Virus record (IMG/VR): IMGVR_UViG_3300042366_000756
Span: 1 to 64,000 of that record
DNA: 64,000 bases
Origin: a virus
Lineage: Duplodnaviria; Caudoviricetes
Direction: 5' to 3' (one strand)
Shown: positions 1 to 10,057 of the stretch, piece after piece
Numbering within the stretch: the stretch's first letter is position 1
Layout of the letters: each line of letters starts with the position of its first letter
Position numbers and translations under genes: made by a program
Notes under the pieces: model-generated
Databases searched by the model: none
What the model was told of the DNA's origin: nothing
What the model saw: only the letters and a program-made list of their open reading frames with translations

Positions 1-625
1 TACGGTTTAAAGCATCTCCACGTACAGTTCCAGTGTCACCGTCTCCACCAACATGTAAAAATCTTTTGCCGTATGTGTTTCTCAAAAAGTCTATTAATTC
101 TGGACGGTATTTATGTTCACGATGATAACCTTTGCTGCCAACAAAAATAATATCGTTTTCAAAGTTGTGTGGATCATAATCTTCATGGACATAACATTCT
201 TTATCATACACGCCAGCAGGCAAAAAATGTCCTTTAACTTGTGTGTTTTCATTAAACCAGTCACACATTAATTTATCTGTAGCAAAGAAGTGACCTATGT
301 TTGTATAAAAATCATCATTCTTTAAATCTTTCTCACGTTCAATTCCAAACCACAAATCCAAATGATATGTCATAGTTGGTATGCCAGCAGATTTTAATTG
401 TTTTAATACATCAGTCATAGATCTAGATCCTGGGGTTTGCCATCTATGTGTGTGTACCCAGATAAATAGGTTAGACTTTAATGCTGCATTTAATATTTCA
501 GCACTCCCTGCTTTTTTTTCCTGCAATTTATGCACGGTATGTCCAAGAGACTCTAAAGACTTAGCATGATGATTCTCACTACTATAAGATACTTCAAAGT
601 TACCAAGAAAAACTATATTAGCCAT
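1..625 (-). CDS. Glycosyltransferase, CgeB/GT1-like (partial, runs off left edge; not in ORF track)
   Basis: Manual translation from ATG at 625: MANIVFLGNFEVSYSSENHHAKSLESLGHTV...YHLDLWFG...DIIFVGSKGYHREHKYRPELIDFL...; open to base 1; the start overlaps the stop of the upstream ORF. Confidence 0.7.
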   Translation of the reverse strand, partial: MANIVFLGNFEVSYSSENHHAKSLESLGHTVHKLQEKKAGSAEILNAALKSNLFIWVHTHRWQTPGSRSMTDVLKQLKSAGIPTMTYHLDLWFGIEREKDLKNDDFYTNIGHFFATDKLMCDWFNENTQVKGHFLPAGVYDKECYVHEDYDPHNFENDIIFVGSKGYHREHKYRPELIDFLRNTYGKRFLHVGGDGDTGTVRGDALNR

Positions 626-839
626 TTAAAGTCTCATTCTGTCCTCTAGCAATTGCAGCAGATGCTTCAAAAGCCTTTTTTGTTCTACGAGATTTTAACC
701 ATCCTTTTGTTTGCCACAGTGGAATTGTAGCCTCAATATCATTGGCTATCTGCTCTCTTATTTCTTTGACAGTAAAAACAACAAAATTCCATACATCTTC
801 TTTTTGTTTGTCATTAAGTTCTTCAGTCCAATTAGTCAT
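618..839 (-). CDS. Hypothetical protein
   Basis: ORF track 618..851; ATG at 839 (MTNWTEE) overlaps the upstream stop (ATGACTAA). Confidence 0.6.
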   Translation of the reverse strand: MTNWTEELNDKQKEDVWNFVVFTVKEIREQIANDIEATIPLWQTKGWLKSRRTKKAFEASAAIARGQNETLNG

Positions 840-933
840 CTTCTTCCTCAAAATCTCTTAGGGCACTAGAATTACTAAGGCAATTGTTGCAATCATTATT
901 GGCCAACTTCCCACCACAGTAGTCACAAAACAT
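832..933 (-). CDS. 33-aa CxxC...CxxC peptide
   Basis: Manual translation MFCDYCGGKLANNDCNNCLSNSSALRDFEEEDD*; stop coupled to the next start. Confidence 0.5.
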   Translation of the reverse strand: MFCDYCGGKLANNDCNNCLSNSSALRDFEEEDD

Positions 934-980
934 ATATATATCTTACCACATAAACTTAAATGCTGTGATATCATAATAAT

Positions 981-1532
981 ATGAGAAAAAATATCATGAT
1001 TCCTGAGATTAAAAAGAATGTTCTTTCTATGGAAGACTTTAATGCTTTAAGAAATAGCCTTAAAGAAAAAGTTATTACAGAGGGTGGTCAGTATGATGAT
1101 CATGGAAGAAAAATTTTCTCTCCACAGATAGTAAATGAATGTGCAGAAAAACTTGTACCTTTTGCTAGAGAGTTTTTTAAAAGTGATACTCTGTTACACT
1201 CATATTCCTTATTTGCTGAATATTCTGATAAAAACATTAATTTACCAAAACACAAAGATAGCAATGCCTGTACCTACACAATAGATATGGTTGTATATCA
1301 AGACAAGCCATGGGGAATTTGGATTGAAGGAAAAGAATATCTATTAAATGAAAACGAGGCTGTTTTGTTTTGGGGAACAGAACAAGAACATTGGAGAGAA
1401 ACAGTAGAAGACAACGATAACACTGTTGCCGTTATATTTTTCCATTATGTAGAACCAGATCACTGGTGGTTTACAAAAGGTCCAGATTATATAAAAGTTT
1501 TAAGAAATCAAAAAAAAGAAAGCAGCAACTAA
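981..1532 (+). CDS. 2OG-Fe(II) oxygenase-like protein
   Basis: HxD (KHKD) and distal His (EHWRE) in a DSBH-like pattern. Confidence 0.7.
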   Translation: MRKNIMIPEIKKNVLSMEDFNALRNSLKEKVITEGGQYDDHGRKIFSPQIVNECAEKLVPFAREFFKSDTLLHSYSLFAEYSDKNINLPKHKDSNACTYTIDMVVYQDKPWGIWIEGKEYLLNENEAVLFWGTEQEHWRETVEDNDNTVAVIFFHYVEPDHWWFTKGPDYIKVLRNQKKESSN

Positions 1533-1533
1533 C

Positions 1534-2124
1534 ATGTATGAAAAACGTATACTAGCACCTGGCATAATTCTTTATAGAACTGGTGAAGCATCTGTTGCAG
1601 GACTTAAAGATAAAATAAATTCATCAATTCCTTCAGAAGAATGGAGAGAAGCACGTGTAATAAACCCAGAAACATATGAATCACAGGCAGGTGATCAAAG
1701 AAAATGCCATGATTTTGTTTTGTATAATGATAACGAAACCCTAAAAGATTTATATAAAGAAATAGATGATTGGATATCTCCAGCATTCAAAGATTTTGAA
1801 AAAGAATATTTTGTAGAAAAAACAACTTCAGAGATGTATGTAATATTAAAATATGAAAACTTAGGTAAGTATGATCCACACGTAGATGATGGTGGCAGAT
1901 TCCCTAGAACAATTTCTCTTAGTGCATATATTAATGATGATTACGAAGGCGGAGAACTTGACTTTGTTAATTTTGGTGTTAGACATAAGCCAAAAACTGG
2001 AGATATTATACTTTTTTGTAGTGCTTTTCCATATATGCACATGGTTTCTCCAGTAAAGTCTGGAACCAGATATGCAATAGTAAATTGGTATAGATACTCA
2101 ACATATCCAAAAGAGATAATTTAA
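1534..2124 (+). CDS. Prolyl 4-hydroxylase-like 2OG-Fe(II) oxygenase
   Basis: PHVD...YINDDYEGGEL...HMVSPVKSGTRY motifs. Confidence 0.9.
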   Translation: MYEKRILAPGIILYRTGEASVAGLKDKINSSIPSEEWREARVINPETYESQAGDQRKCHDFVLYNDNETLKDLYKEIDDWISPAFKDFEKEYFVEKTTSEMYVILKYENLGKYDPHVDDGGRFPRTISLSAYINDDYEGGELDFVNFGVRHKPKTGDIILFCSAFPYMHMVSPVKSGTRYAIVNWYRYSTYPKEII

Positions 2125-3407
2125 TGAATGTTGGCTTTATTGGATTAGGAAAACTTGGACTACCGTGTGCAGCAGCAATGAGCGTAAAGTCTAACAAGAA
2201 AATTTTTGGATATGATCAAAATAAAAAAGTTAAAGAATACATTGAAACAAACACAGTCCCATATGTAGAAAAAGATATAGAGTATTTTTTATCTAAATCT
2301 AATTTAAAATTTCTTGAGTCAGCAGAAGAGGTAATAGAAAAATCTGACATTATTTTTATTGCAGTTCAAACTCCACACGATATTAAATTTGAAGGAATTA
2401 CACCGATTCCAGAAGAAAGATCTGACTTTGATTATTCATATTTAAAGAATGTAATTGTAGAGGTAAACGCTTACTTAGAAAAAAATAAAGATAAAAATAT
2501 AAATTTGGTAATAATTTCAACAGTCTTACCAGGAACAATAGGCAATGAGATTCTTCCTATTTTGAAAAATGTAAAACAAAGGGTAAAACTTACATACAAT
2601 CCTTATTTTATTGCCATGGGAACTACAATTGAAGACTTCTTAAATCCTGAATTTATTCTTTTAGGAAGTGAAAATAAAGAATCTGAAGAAGTGTTAAATT
2701 TTTATAAAACATTCTTATATGCTCCAATAGCAAACGTTTCTATTGAATCAGCAGAACTTGCAAAAGTTGCCTATAATACTTTTATTGGATTTAAAATTGT
2801 TTTTGCAAACGCACTTGCAGAAATTACAAAAGCAATTGGTGGAAATGTAGATGAAGTGACAAATGTTTTATCTCTTGCAAAAAGAAGGATTATTTCTTCA
2901 ACATATATGAGTGCAGGAATGGGTGACGGTGGTGGTTGTCATCCAAGAGATCAAATTGCAATGTCTTGGCTTGCTAAAGAAATAGATATGTCTTTTGATA
3001 TTTTTGAATTTATTGCAAAAGCAAGAGACAAACAAACAGAAAGGCATGCAAAATATTTGCAAAATGTTCAAAGCCTTTACTATCCAGATACAGAAATTAT
3101 AATTCTTGGAGAGTCGTATAAGAAAAATATTGGAATAACTACTGGAAGTCCTTCAAAACTTTTACAATTTTATTTAGATGAATTGGGAGTAAGATATAAA
3201 GTTGTAGATCCTTTTGTTAAACAAGAAGAAATAAATTTTGATAGTGGAAGGTTATTTTTTGTTGCTACTCCGCATGACACCTTTAAGACTTTATTAATGC
3301 CAATAGGATCTCAAGTTATAGACCCATGGAAAGATTCAACCACACCTCAACAAGGAGTTGTTGTTACAAATTTGGGCAGAGGGTCTCATTATGGCAACGG
3401 AAGGTAA
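2124..3407 (+). CDS. ugd: UDP-glucose/GDP-mannose 6-dehydrogenase
   Basis: GLGKLG Rossmann motif, STVLPGT, NPYF...PEFILLG, ELAKVAYN, catalytic GGGCHPRD. Confidence 0.9.
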   Translation: MNVGFIGLGKLGLPCAAAMSVKSNKKIFGYDQNKKVKEYIETNTVPYVEKDIEYFLSKSNLKFLESAEEVIEKSDIIFIAVQTPHDIKFEGITPIPEERSDFDYSYLKNVIVEVNAYLEKNKDKNINLVIISTVLPGTIGNEILPILKNVKQRVKLTYNPYFIAMGTTIEDFLNPEFILLGSENKESEEVLNFYKTFLYAPIANVSIESAELAKVAYNTFIGFKIVFANALAEITKAIGGNVDEVTNVLSLAKRRIISSTYMSAGMGDGGGCHPRDQIAMSWLAKEIDMSFDIFEFIAKARDKQTERHAKYLQNVQSLYYPDTEIIILGESYKKNIGITTGSPSKLLQFYLDELGVRYKVVDPFVKQEEINFDSGRLFFVATPHDTFKTLLMPIGSQVIDPWKDSTTPQQGVVVTNLGRGSHYGNGR

Positions 3408-4434
3408 TATTTTTTTTGAATTGTGGAATCCAACTGGTTTAATTAATCAGGTTATGAGTTTGGAAATTGCTGTAGGACTTTCTGCTACTACTAAAAAACA
3501 ATTAATAGTTCATCATATGTCTAACAATGACAATAGTTTATATAATTTTAAAAATGTTCCAATATATACTCCAAGCACATGGAATAATGATCAAAGAAAA
3601 GGGTTTACGAATCAGGATCAATTTCCTCATTTAGCAGAACTTTTAGATTGGAATGAAAACTTAATATTAATTGATGAAAAAATTGATTATTTTCCACAGC
3701 AAGAAAAAGAAATTAAAGATACATGTTTAAAATATTACTTTAGTAATGAAACAGAAATATCTAATGATGAAATTTCTTTTGCTGATGGAAGAAATAGAAT
3801 TGATTTATTAGAAACAGTTCATTTAAAAGGAACACTTGGCTGGTATGGAAGGTTTTTTTATAATAGATCAAATGAATTAGATGCTGCATTATCTTCTGTT
3901 AAATTTAAAAAAGAATACTATGATTTTGCAAAAATGGTATCAAACTCTATAGGTAGGTTTCAAGGAATGCATTTAAGGCTATCAGATAACATAAAATATA
4001 TTGATACGACACAAGAAATGTTTGAATCTTGGCTTAATAAATTTGAACAAAACAATATTCCGATACTGGTATCAACATGTGAGCCAGGACATAAAATGAT
4101 ATTAGATAATAAACACAGATTTATTCTTTTAGATGAGTATATTGTTAACAATTTTGCAAAAGAATTTCATAGTTTAAAGTATCAAGATGAGGTTGTTTTT
4201 GGTTTAATCTGCAACCTTGTTATGCACGATTCTGTAAATTTTGTCGGCACATCAGCAAGCACATACTCTGCCTATATATATAGGAATAGAAATCAAAAAG
4301 GTATTGAGACTTGGGATTTTTTTGATAATCCACCAAAAGCAAACGGAAGCCCCTATTCATGGAATAATCACTATCTTGATTCAGGTAGAAAAATGTGGTG
4401 GAGAGAGTGGAGTGAATCAAAGTTAAACTTGTAG
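3391..4434 (+). CDS. O-fucosyltransferase-like (GT-B) glycosyltransferase
   Basis: N-terminal GLINQ motif, MHLRLSD, C-terminal FVGTSASTYS typical of the POFUT/NodZ-like fold; ATG 3391 preferred. Confidence 0.6.
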   Translation: MATEGNIFFELWNPTGLINQVMSLEIAVGLSATTKKQLIVHHMSNNDNSLYNFKNVPIYTPSTWNNDQRKGFTNQDQFPHLAELLDWNENLILIDEKIDYFPQQEKEIKDTCLKYYFSNETEISNDEISFADGRNRIDLLETVHLKGTLGWYGRFFYNRSNELDAALSSVKFKKEYYDFAKMVSNSIGRFQGMHLRLSDNIKYIDTTQEMFESWLNKFEQNNIPILVSTCEPGHKMILDNKHRFILLDEYIVNNFAKEFHSLKYQDEVVFGLICNLVMHDSVNFVGTSASTYSAYIYRNRNQKGIETWDFFDNPPKANGSPYSWNNHYLDSGRKMWWREWSESKLNL

Positions 4435-4450
4435 ATGATATAATTATAAG

Positions 4451-5008
4451 ATGAGCGTATATACTTTTGATAATTTATTTTTAGAAGAAGAATTGACAAT
4501 ATTAAGAGATATTTTTAAAAATACTACAAATATAGAAGTAGATCCCGTGTTGGGGCGAAGACAAGTATATATAAAAGACATTCCAGAAGTATTACTATTA
4601 AAAGTGACTAATATTGCAAGCGATATATCTAATGAACCAGTGTCTCTTGCTAACTTCATGTCTGTAGAATATAGCAATCAATATGGTAAGCCTAACCTGC
4701 CAGTACATTTTGATGGAGATACGATAGATCTTATTGTAAATTTTCAATTATCGTCAAATACTTCTTGGGATCTTGGAGTAAATTGTGAAACATATTCGTT
4801 AAAAGATAATTCAGCAGTTGTATTTCATCCTAACTTTAACTCACATTGGAGGCCAAAAAAAGAGTTTAAAGATGGAGACTATGTTAGGATGATTTTCTTT
4901 AGATTTCAAAAAATAAATAATAAAACAGACTACTCACATCTTAGGCTTTCGTTAGATGACCCAATTTTTAAAGAAGCAAATAACTTTAGAGATAGCCTAA
5001 GCAGTTAA
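4451..5008 (+). CDS. 2OG-Fe(II) oxygenase-like protein
   Basis: PVHFD...HWRP; paralogous pattern to 981..1532; leaderless start after TGATATAAT. Confidence 0.7.
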   Translation: MSVYTFDNLFLEEELTILRDIFKNTTNIEVDPVLGRRQVYIKDIPEVLLLKVTNIASDISNEPVSLANFMSVEYSNQYGKPNLPVHFDGDTIDLIVNFQLSSNTSWDLGVNCETYSLKDNSAVVFHPNFNSHWRPKKEFKDGDYVRMIFFRFQKINNKTDYSHLRLSLDDPIFKEANNFRDSLSS

Positions 5009-5024
5009 TTATTATTTTATTTAC

Positions 5025-6701
5025 TTAATCTTTTTTTACAAGCACTTTGAGTTCTGGTAAATATAGATAGTCTATCTCTGAATTGTTAAAGGTTTTTAGT
5101 GCATCACTAAGTGTTTCAACTATAGCATTACCAGCAAGATTAAAAGATGTATTGAGTAAAATTGGAACATTAGTTATTTTATAAAATTCATTGATTAATT
5201 CATAATAATGTTTATTGTCTTTTTTTGAAACAGTTTGCATCCTACAAGTACCATCAACATGGGTTATTGCTGGAATAATTGTTTGTTTATCTTTTAATAC
5301 ATTAACTGCATACATCATAAATTTTGAATCTTTTAATCTTTCCATATCAAACCAATCCTGAGCATATTCTTCCATAACTGTTCCAGCAAATGGCCTAAAA
5401 AATTCTCTTTTCTTTACAATGTTTACATGATCTTTTCCATTTATATCTCTTGGATCATAAAGAATACTTCTATTTCCCAAAGCCCTGTGTCCAGCCTCTG
5501 ACTTTCCTTGATATAAAGCAACAATTTTTTTATTAGCAAGCAAACTTGCAACATATTCTTTACTTACATTTTTTATAATTTTTTGATTTTTTAAATCTTT
5601 TAGTTTATATTTATACTCTGGCCCATAATATACGTTTACTTGTTTAGATATTTCTTTAGACTGTGTTAAATTATGATACAAAAGTTTAGCGGCACCTAAT
5701 GAATTACCACTATCTGTTGACATAGGCTCAATATAAATATTAATATCTTTTGGTAGTTTCTTTAATAAATTATAATTAGATACACAGTTTAAGAAAAATC
5801 CTCCAGAAAGACAAACATTTTTTTCTCCCGTTTGTTTAATGAGTTCAACAATTTCTTCTGCAACTCGTTCTTGTATCTCTTTTTGTATTTTATAAGCAAG
5901 GTCTGCTTTTTCTTCAAAAGTTTCTAAGTTGGGAATTGATAATCTCATTTCTGAAAGAGTAGTTGTTCTTCCAAAAATTTTGTCATTGATTAATTTATCC
6001 TCATATAATTTAAAATTAAATTCTTTATCTTTTCCATAAGAGGATAACCCCATTGTTTTTCCAGAATCCCATACCGTAAGCCCTATCAACTCAGAAACTT
6101 TTTCAAAAACAGCACCCTCAGACATAGAGTTGGTAACATATATACGATCATCAATCCACAAAGGTATTTGGGGTAATTTAAAATCAACAGAGATATGCTT
6201 TTTAACTAAATAACTACGGTCAGGATATTCCTTTATAAAAGCAGATCCATTCTCATAACCATGAGAATTTTCTTTAAACATACTACCTGTAAGATTATAT
6301 GTAGATCCTTGTCCATCTTTTACTATACACAGTGCCCTGCTAAATCCAGAATTATAGAATGCTGTTGATGCATGAATTTCGTGATGGATATCCCAAAAAT
6401 CTACTTCCTTTACTCCATGTTCAAAAAAACTCTTTCCAAGTCCTTCAACATAACAGGTATATGGATCTAAATTATCTGCTGGATCTCCGTTGGCATATTT
6501 AGGATTTTTTTCTAATCCAGTTAAAACTATATAATCTACGTGATCAACATAATCTTTTATCTTTTGTATTACTTGAAAGGCGTATCTATCATGTCTACGA
6601 TTAGATAATCTTTCACTTTCTAGATGATAGACTACCTTGTTGTCAACTAATAATGTTGCAGATCCATCATGACGACCCCTACTTACCCCTAAAATTATCA
6701 T
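5025..6701 (-). CDS. Carbamoyltransferase, NodU/CmcH family
   Basis: HDGSA, ESERLS, HHEIH..AFY, GKTMGLSSYG, LSGGFFLNC, RALGNRSIL, KKREFFRPFA, HVDGTCRMQTV, LNTSFN. Confidence 0.95.
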   Translation of the reverse strand: MIILGVSRGRHDGSATLLVDNKVVYHLESERLSNRRHDRYAFQVIQKIKDYVDHVDYIVLTGLEKNPKYANGDPADNLDPYTCYVEGLGKSFFEHGVKEVDFWDIHHEIHASTAFYNSGFSRALCIVKDGQGSTYNLTGSMFKENSHGYENGSAFIKEYPDRSYLVKKHISVDFKLPQIPLWIDDRIYVTNSMSEGAVFEKVSELIGLTVWDSGKTMGLSSYGKDKEFNFKLYEDKLINDKIFGRTTTLSEMRLSIPNLETFEEKADLAYKIQKEIQERVAEEIVELIKQTGEKNVCLSGGFFLNCVSNYNLLKKLPKDINIYIEPMSTDSGNSLGAAKLLYHNLTQSKEISKQVNVYYGPEYKYKLKDLKNQKIIKNVSKEYVASLLANKKIVALYQGKSEAGHRALGNRSILYDPRDINGKDHVNIVKKREFFRPFAGTVMEEYAQDWFDMERLKDSKFMMYAVNVLKDKQTIIPAITHVDGTCRMQTVSKKDNKHYYELINEFYKITNVPILLNTSFNLAGNAIVETLSDALKTFNNSEIDYLYLPELKVLVKKD

Positions 6702-6928
6702 AATGGTATTTCATTTACAGGTTCTTTTGACCAATGAATATATGATCTAATATAAACTACTGCATAGGCAAGGGCAGAAAATATAAAGCCATATTGATCG
6801 GTTATTAGTGCATAGGTTATCCATAAACACTCATTAAATAATAAAACGAACCATCCCCATTTGTCTTTTCGGCCGACAAAATATATGCCTGCAACACCGA
6901 TAACTGCTAATACCCACGACCACCACAT
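6698..6928 (-). CDS. Small PnuC-like membrane protein (3 TM)
   Basis: Three hydrophobic segments, Trp-rich pattern, C-terminal Y.HW.K. Confidence 0.5.
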   Translation of the reverse strand: MWWSWVLAVIGVAGIYFVGRKDKWGWFVLLFNECLWITYALITDQYGFIFSALAYAVVYIRSYIHWSKEPVNEIPL

Positions 6929-6997
6929 ATAACTATCATACCAGATTTCGGCGGGTATAGAAGGAGTATCGTAATACCCTTAGTGTAATAACAAATC

Positions 6998-7672
6998 CTA
7001 TAAGGTGGACCTTAAGTTATTTTGGTTTATAAAATCTAGATAGTTAGTCATCTGTCCATAGTCATTTACTTTATGCTCAGATGGCTCAAACCTGGTTTTA
7101 TAGTCTTCCATATGCCTTGCTGCCTGATCCTCCCAAGAATTATCCTCAGTCTGAACAACAAATAGTTTTGAGACTTTGTCATAAGAGTATACATAATGTT
7201 CAAAAACAGTCCAAGCGTTTGATTTTATAAGGGTTTCTGGATAGTTAATCATATGATCAAAAACTTTGGTCATTGGTTTAGATTTTTGCTTGGTAATGTA
7301 ATTGTGGATATTGCCATGGTTTCCATTTATTGGAACAGTTACCATTTCAATAGATGGGTCTATGTCTTGTAAGAGATAGTCTAATGGCTTAACACAGACA
7401 GAATCCATATCAGCATAACATCCTCCGTGATTATATGTAACTACAAATCTCCAGATATCTGATTGATGCGTTGGTGTTTGATTTTTATATGTTTCATATA
7501 TTGCTGGATATGCCCTGATGGTTTCATCTCTTTGCTCATGATCTACATACCTATACTCCCATCCAGGATTAAGGTTTTTCCATGTTGCTGCTACCGCAGA
7601 TATATGTGTAGGGAGATTATTTTGTTTATAATTGTGTGTTTGCCAGATAATTTTAGGAAAGTGGTGTAACAT
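6998..7672 (-). CDS. Glycosyltransferase, GT32/OCH1-like (DxD)
   Basis: PKIIWQT, W..LNPGWEY, SDIWRF.V.YNHGGCYADMD. Confidence 0.85.
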   Translation of the reverse strand: MLHHFPKIIWQTHNYKQNNLPTHISAVAATWKNLNPGWEYRYVDHEQRDETIRAYPAIYETYKNQTPTHQSDIWRFVVTYNHGGCYADMDSVCVKPLDYLLQDIDPSIEMVTVPINGNHGNIHNYITKQKSKPMTKVFDHMINYPETLIKSNAWTVFEHYVYSYDKVSKLFVVQTEDNSWEDQAARHMEDYKTRFEPSEHKVNDYGQMTNYLDFINQNNLRSTL

Positions 7673-7782
7673 TGTTTTAGTGTATCATATTGGCAAATTA
7701 AATTTTATCGCTAAAAGTTCGGCGCAAAATAGAACTATCAAACCTTCCCCTGCCCAACACGGGCAATAGCGGTTAATATTTC

Positions 7783-7932
7783 TTACTCTGCCTGCCTCAA
7801 AAATGGCTGTGACCAAAGTTCTGTTAAAGACTCATCGCCTATGTCATCAAAGTAGTAACGATTGTTTTTAATGCTGTATGTCCAGCCTTTCCAAATATCC
7901 CCGTCATCCCAAGTAAGGTTTGTATATATCAT
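7783..7932 (-). CDS. 49-aa hypothetical protein
   Basis: Manual translation MIYTNLTWDDGDIWKGWTYSIKNNRYYFDD...QAE*. Confidence 0.5.
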   Translation of the reverse strand: MIYTNLTWDDGDIWKGWTYSIKNNRYYFDDIGDESLTELWSQPFLRQAE

Positions 7933-8093
7933 ATATTAATCATATCAAATTTTGGCGGGGAAGTCAAAAGTATCCCCATTACCCCTAGTATGATAACAAA
8001 CCCCTATAGGCAGATATCCTCTGATAGGAAGGTTTGACCATATGGAGCCAGGACGAAGGTTTGATACCCGTTTATGTAGGATATAATGATTTA

Positions 8094-8372
8094 ATGGATC
8101 GTAATAACTGCACAGGCACTGGAAATAGAGGACATAACCCTTTTGAATATAATGCATTAGGGTTTTCTCCATGTGGTAAATATGTGGCTCATGCAAGCAA
8201 TAAGACATGTGACATCTTTAATTGGGAGAGGATTATGGGACTAAAAGATAATCCAGATGGTTGTCAGAATTGTGGTGCAGTTATCAAAACTCCTTGCACA
8301 TGTAGGACAGGTTCATGCCCTTGTGGTGATTTTGTATCACATAAAATTAATGAGCCTTGCACCGCTAAGTGA
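8094..8372 (+). CDS. Cys-rich hypothetical protein
   Basis: ATG 6 nt after TATAAT; CxxC and CxC motifs. Confidence 0.45.
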   Translation: MDRNNCTGTGNRGHNPFEYNALGFSPCGKYVAHASNKTCDIFNWERIMGLKDNPDGCQNCGAVIKTPCTCRTGSCPCGDFVSHKINEPCTAK

Positions 8373-8751
8373 TATGTGGTTTGATAGCAATTTAGTGCTT
8401 AAAATATAAAAATAAATCTTACTGATATTTTTAATATATGGTCTTGGTGGAGGAAAGTGGAGGGTAGTGGATGATTGAGCGTTTTTATAGATGGCGTCGT
8501 AATGTCCTGGCGGCCAAACCTTCCTATCCCAAACCTCCCAAACCTTTCTATCCTGCATATGGGACATGCATTATACCCTCAAAACCATGGTTTGTCAAAC
8601 CTTCATAGCCCAAAATCCCCCATAAAAACATAACGAAAAAGTTATAAAATGTTTTAAAACACCAGGAAAAAATCTAGAAAGGTTTGATAACTATGGTAAT
8701 AATCTGTATAATTCTGGGATTTATTTTCCCGCCCCGTAATGTCTAATAGTT

Positions 8752-8949
8752 TTATTTTTGACGGGGACGGCGGGATTTAAAAAGAGATCGTAATACCCTT
8801 ATAGGTATAGTAACAAACCATTTTAACTTCTTCTCTATCTTCCTTTGTATAATCATTTCTGGAGATTCATTCTTATAATGCTCTGATTGAAAGTAAGGAC
8901 TGAACATTGTCTTAGAGAAATGTTTTGGAGTCATAAATCTATTATACAT
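8752..8949 (-). CDS. Basic hypothetical protein
   Basis: ORF track; plausible composition. Confidence 0.5.
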   Translation of the reverse strand: MYNRFMTPKHFSKTMFSPYFQSEHYKNESPEMIIQRKIEKKLKWFVTIPIRVLRSLFKSRRPRQK

Positions 8950-9109
8950 CCATATGTTAGATAGGAAGGTTTGAAGGTTTGATATGAATCTGGAAAATTC
9001 TACAGATTTCGTAATCTCCCACGATCTGGGATTTTTTTCAAAGGGTTCTTAATGTCTTTTCGTAAAATAAGGTTTGAAGGTTTGATAAAGGATGGCCCGA
9101 GTCGCAGGG

Positions 9110-9373
9110 CTAGTCCTGACCACCAAGCAACTCATCAAGGCTTGTCCACTCTTTATCCTCAACACCAAGAGAAGCAATGAACAGATTGTAGGTTTCATCT
9201 ATATAGACAGAGGATTGTAGGGTTGGCAAAACAATTTCATTCATTAAGAAATAAGCAAGTGGCAAACCTAAATCGTTATACTCTACAAAATCTTGCAACT
9301 CTTCATCATCACGATAGTTCATCCATAACTCAGCAAGGATAGTAATCTTGTTATCAAATGTATTACCTGCCAT
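9110..9373 (-). CDS. Hypothetical early protein
   Basis: ORF track; last gene of a coupled leftward operon. Confidence 0.7.
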   Translation of the reverse strand: MAGNTFDNKITILAELWMNYRDDEELQDFVEYNDLGLPLAYFLMNEIVLPTLQSSVYIDETYNLFIASLGVEDKEWTSLDELLGGQD

Positions 9374-9593
9374 GGTAAGTGCCCCTATCTAATTGATCAA
9401 CTTCTTTATTATACTGCATGGCTTCTAATACTTCATTAGCCCTGCTATAAATAATATGAGGAGAGATTTTTGCTAGGTAAAATCCTATGGCTTCTAAGTC
9501 AAGGCTTAGGTCAGAAAGCAAGGTAATAACCTTATTAGCAACCTTCTCTTCTTTACTTACTGCCAGCCTAATAGACCTACGCATAAATCCCAT
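9363..9593 (-). CDS. Hypothetical early protein
   Basis: ORF track; overlaps the next gene. Confidence 0.7.
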   Translation of the reverse strand: MGFMRRSIRLAVSKEEKVANKVITLLSDLSLDLEAIGFYLAKISPHIIYSRANEVLEAMQYNKEVDQLDRGTYHGR

Positions 9594-9694
9594 ACCCCAA
9601 TTCTATCAAAAAAGTGTGGGAAGAGCAAGCCCACCACAAACCTGCTCTCCCCCTATCTTTAGCGAAAGGTGACCCCTACCTTCGCTGATGCTGC

Positions 9695-10057
9695 CTATAC
9701 AACGGAAAGAACGTCGCTAGGCAAATTATAATTAATAAAACTGTCAATGTCTTTATGGTTGACAGAGTCATGACTTATAGTGCTATTAGTTAAATCAATT
9801 AATATTGGATGGTCCATAAAACCTAGGTCATTAGGATTGCATGCATAGATACCAAACCCTGTTTCGTCCATAATGGAATCCTTTAATAGATAACTAATGG
9901 CCATACGAGTGTAGTATTCTGTATCACCTTTACGTGGAGCAGCATGCTGTAGGGCCTTGGCAAGGTCTTCATACATACCGTCTTCACCCCAGTGACTGTA
10001 TAGCGCTACTGCTAGGTCCTCTGATTGTTTAAATATGAATGTGCAACGTGCTCCCAT
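9695..10057 (-). CDS. Hypothetical early protein (YxHWG motif)
   Basis: ORF track; MGAR...LYSHWGEDG. Confidence 0.75.
   Translation of the reverse strand: MGARCTFIFKQSEDLAVALYSHWGEDGMYEDLAKALQHAAPRKGDTEYYTRMAISYLLKDSIMDETGFGIYACNPNDLGFMDHPILIDLTNSTISHDSVNHKDIDSFINYNLPSDVLSVV

Larger units (their letters stand above)
7738..9085. repeat. Dispersed 9-bp AAGGTTTGA/TCAAACCTT repeat cluster (about 12 copies)
   Basis: Copies at 7738, 8029, 8056, 8514, 8529, 8538, 8595, 8679, 8966, 8974, 9069, 9077, in both orientations (those at 8514-8546 are CCAAACCTY variants). Confidence 0.8.
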
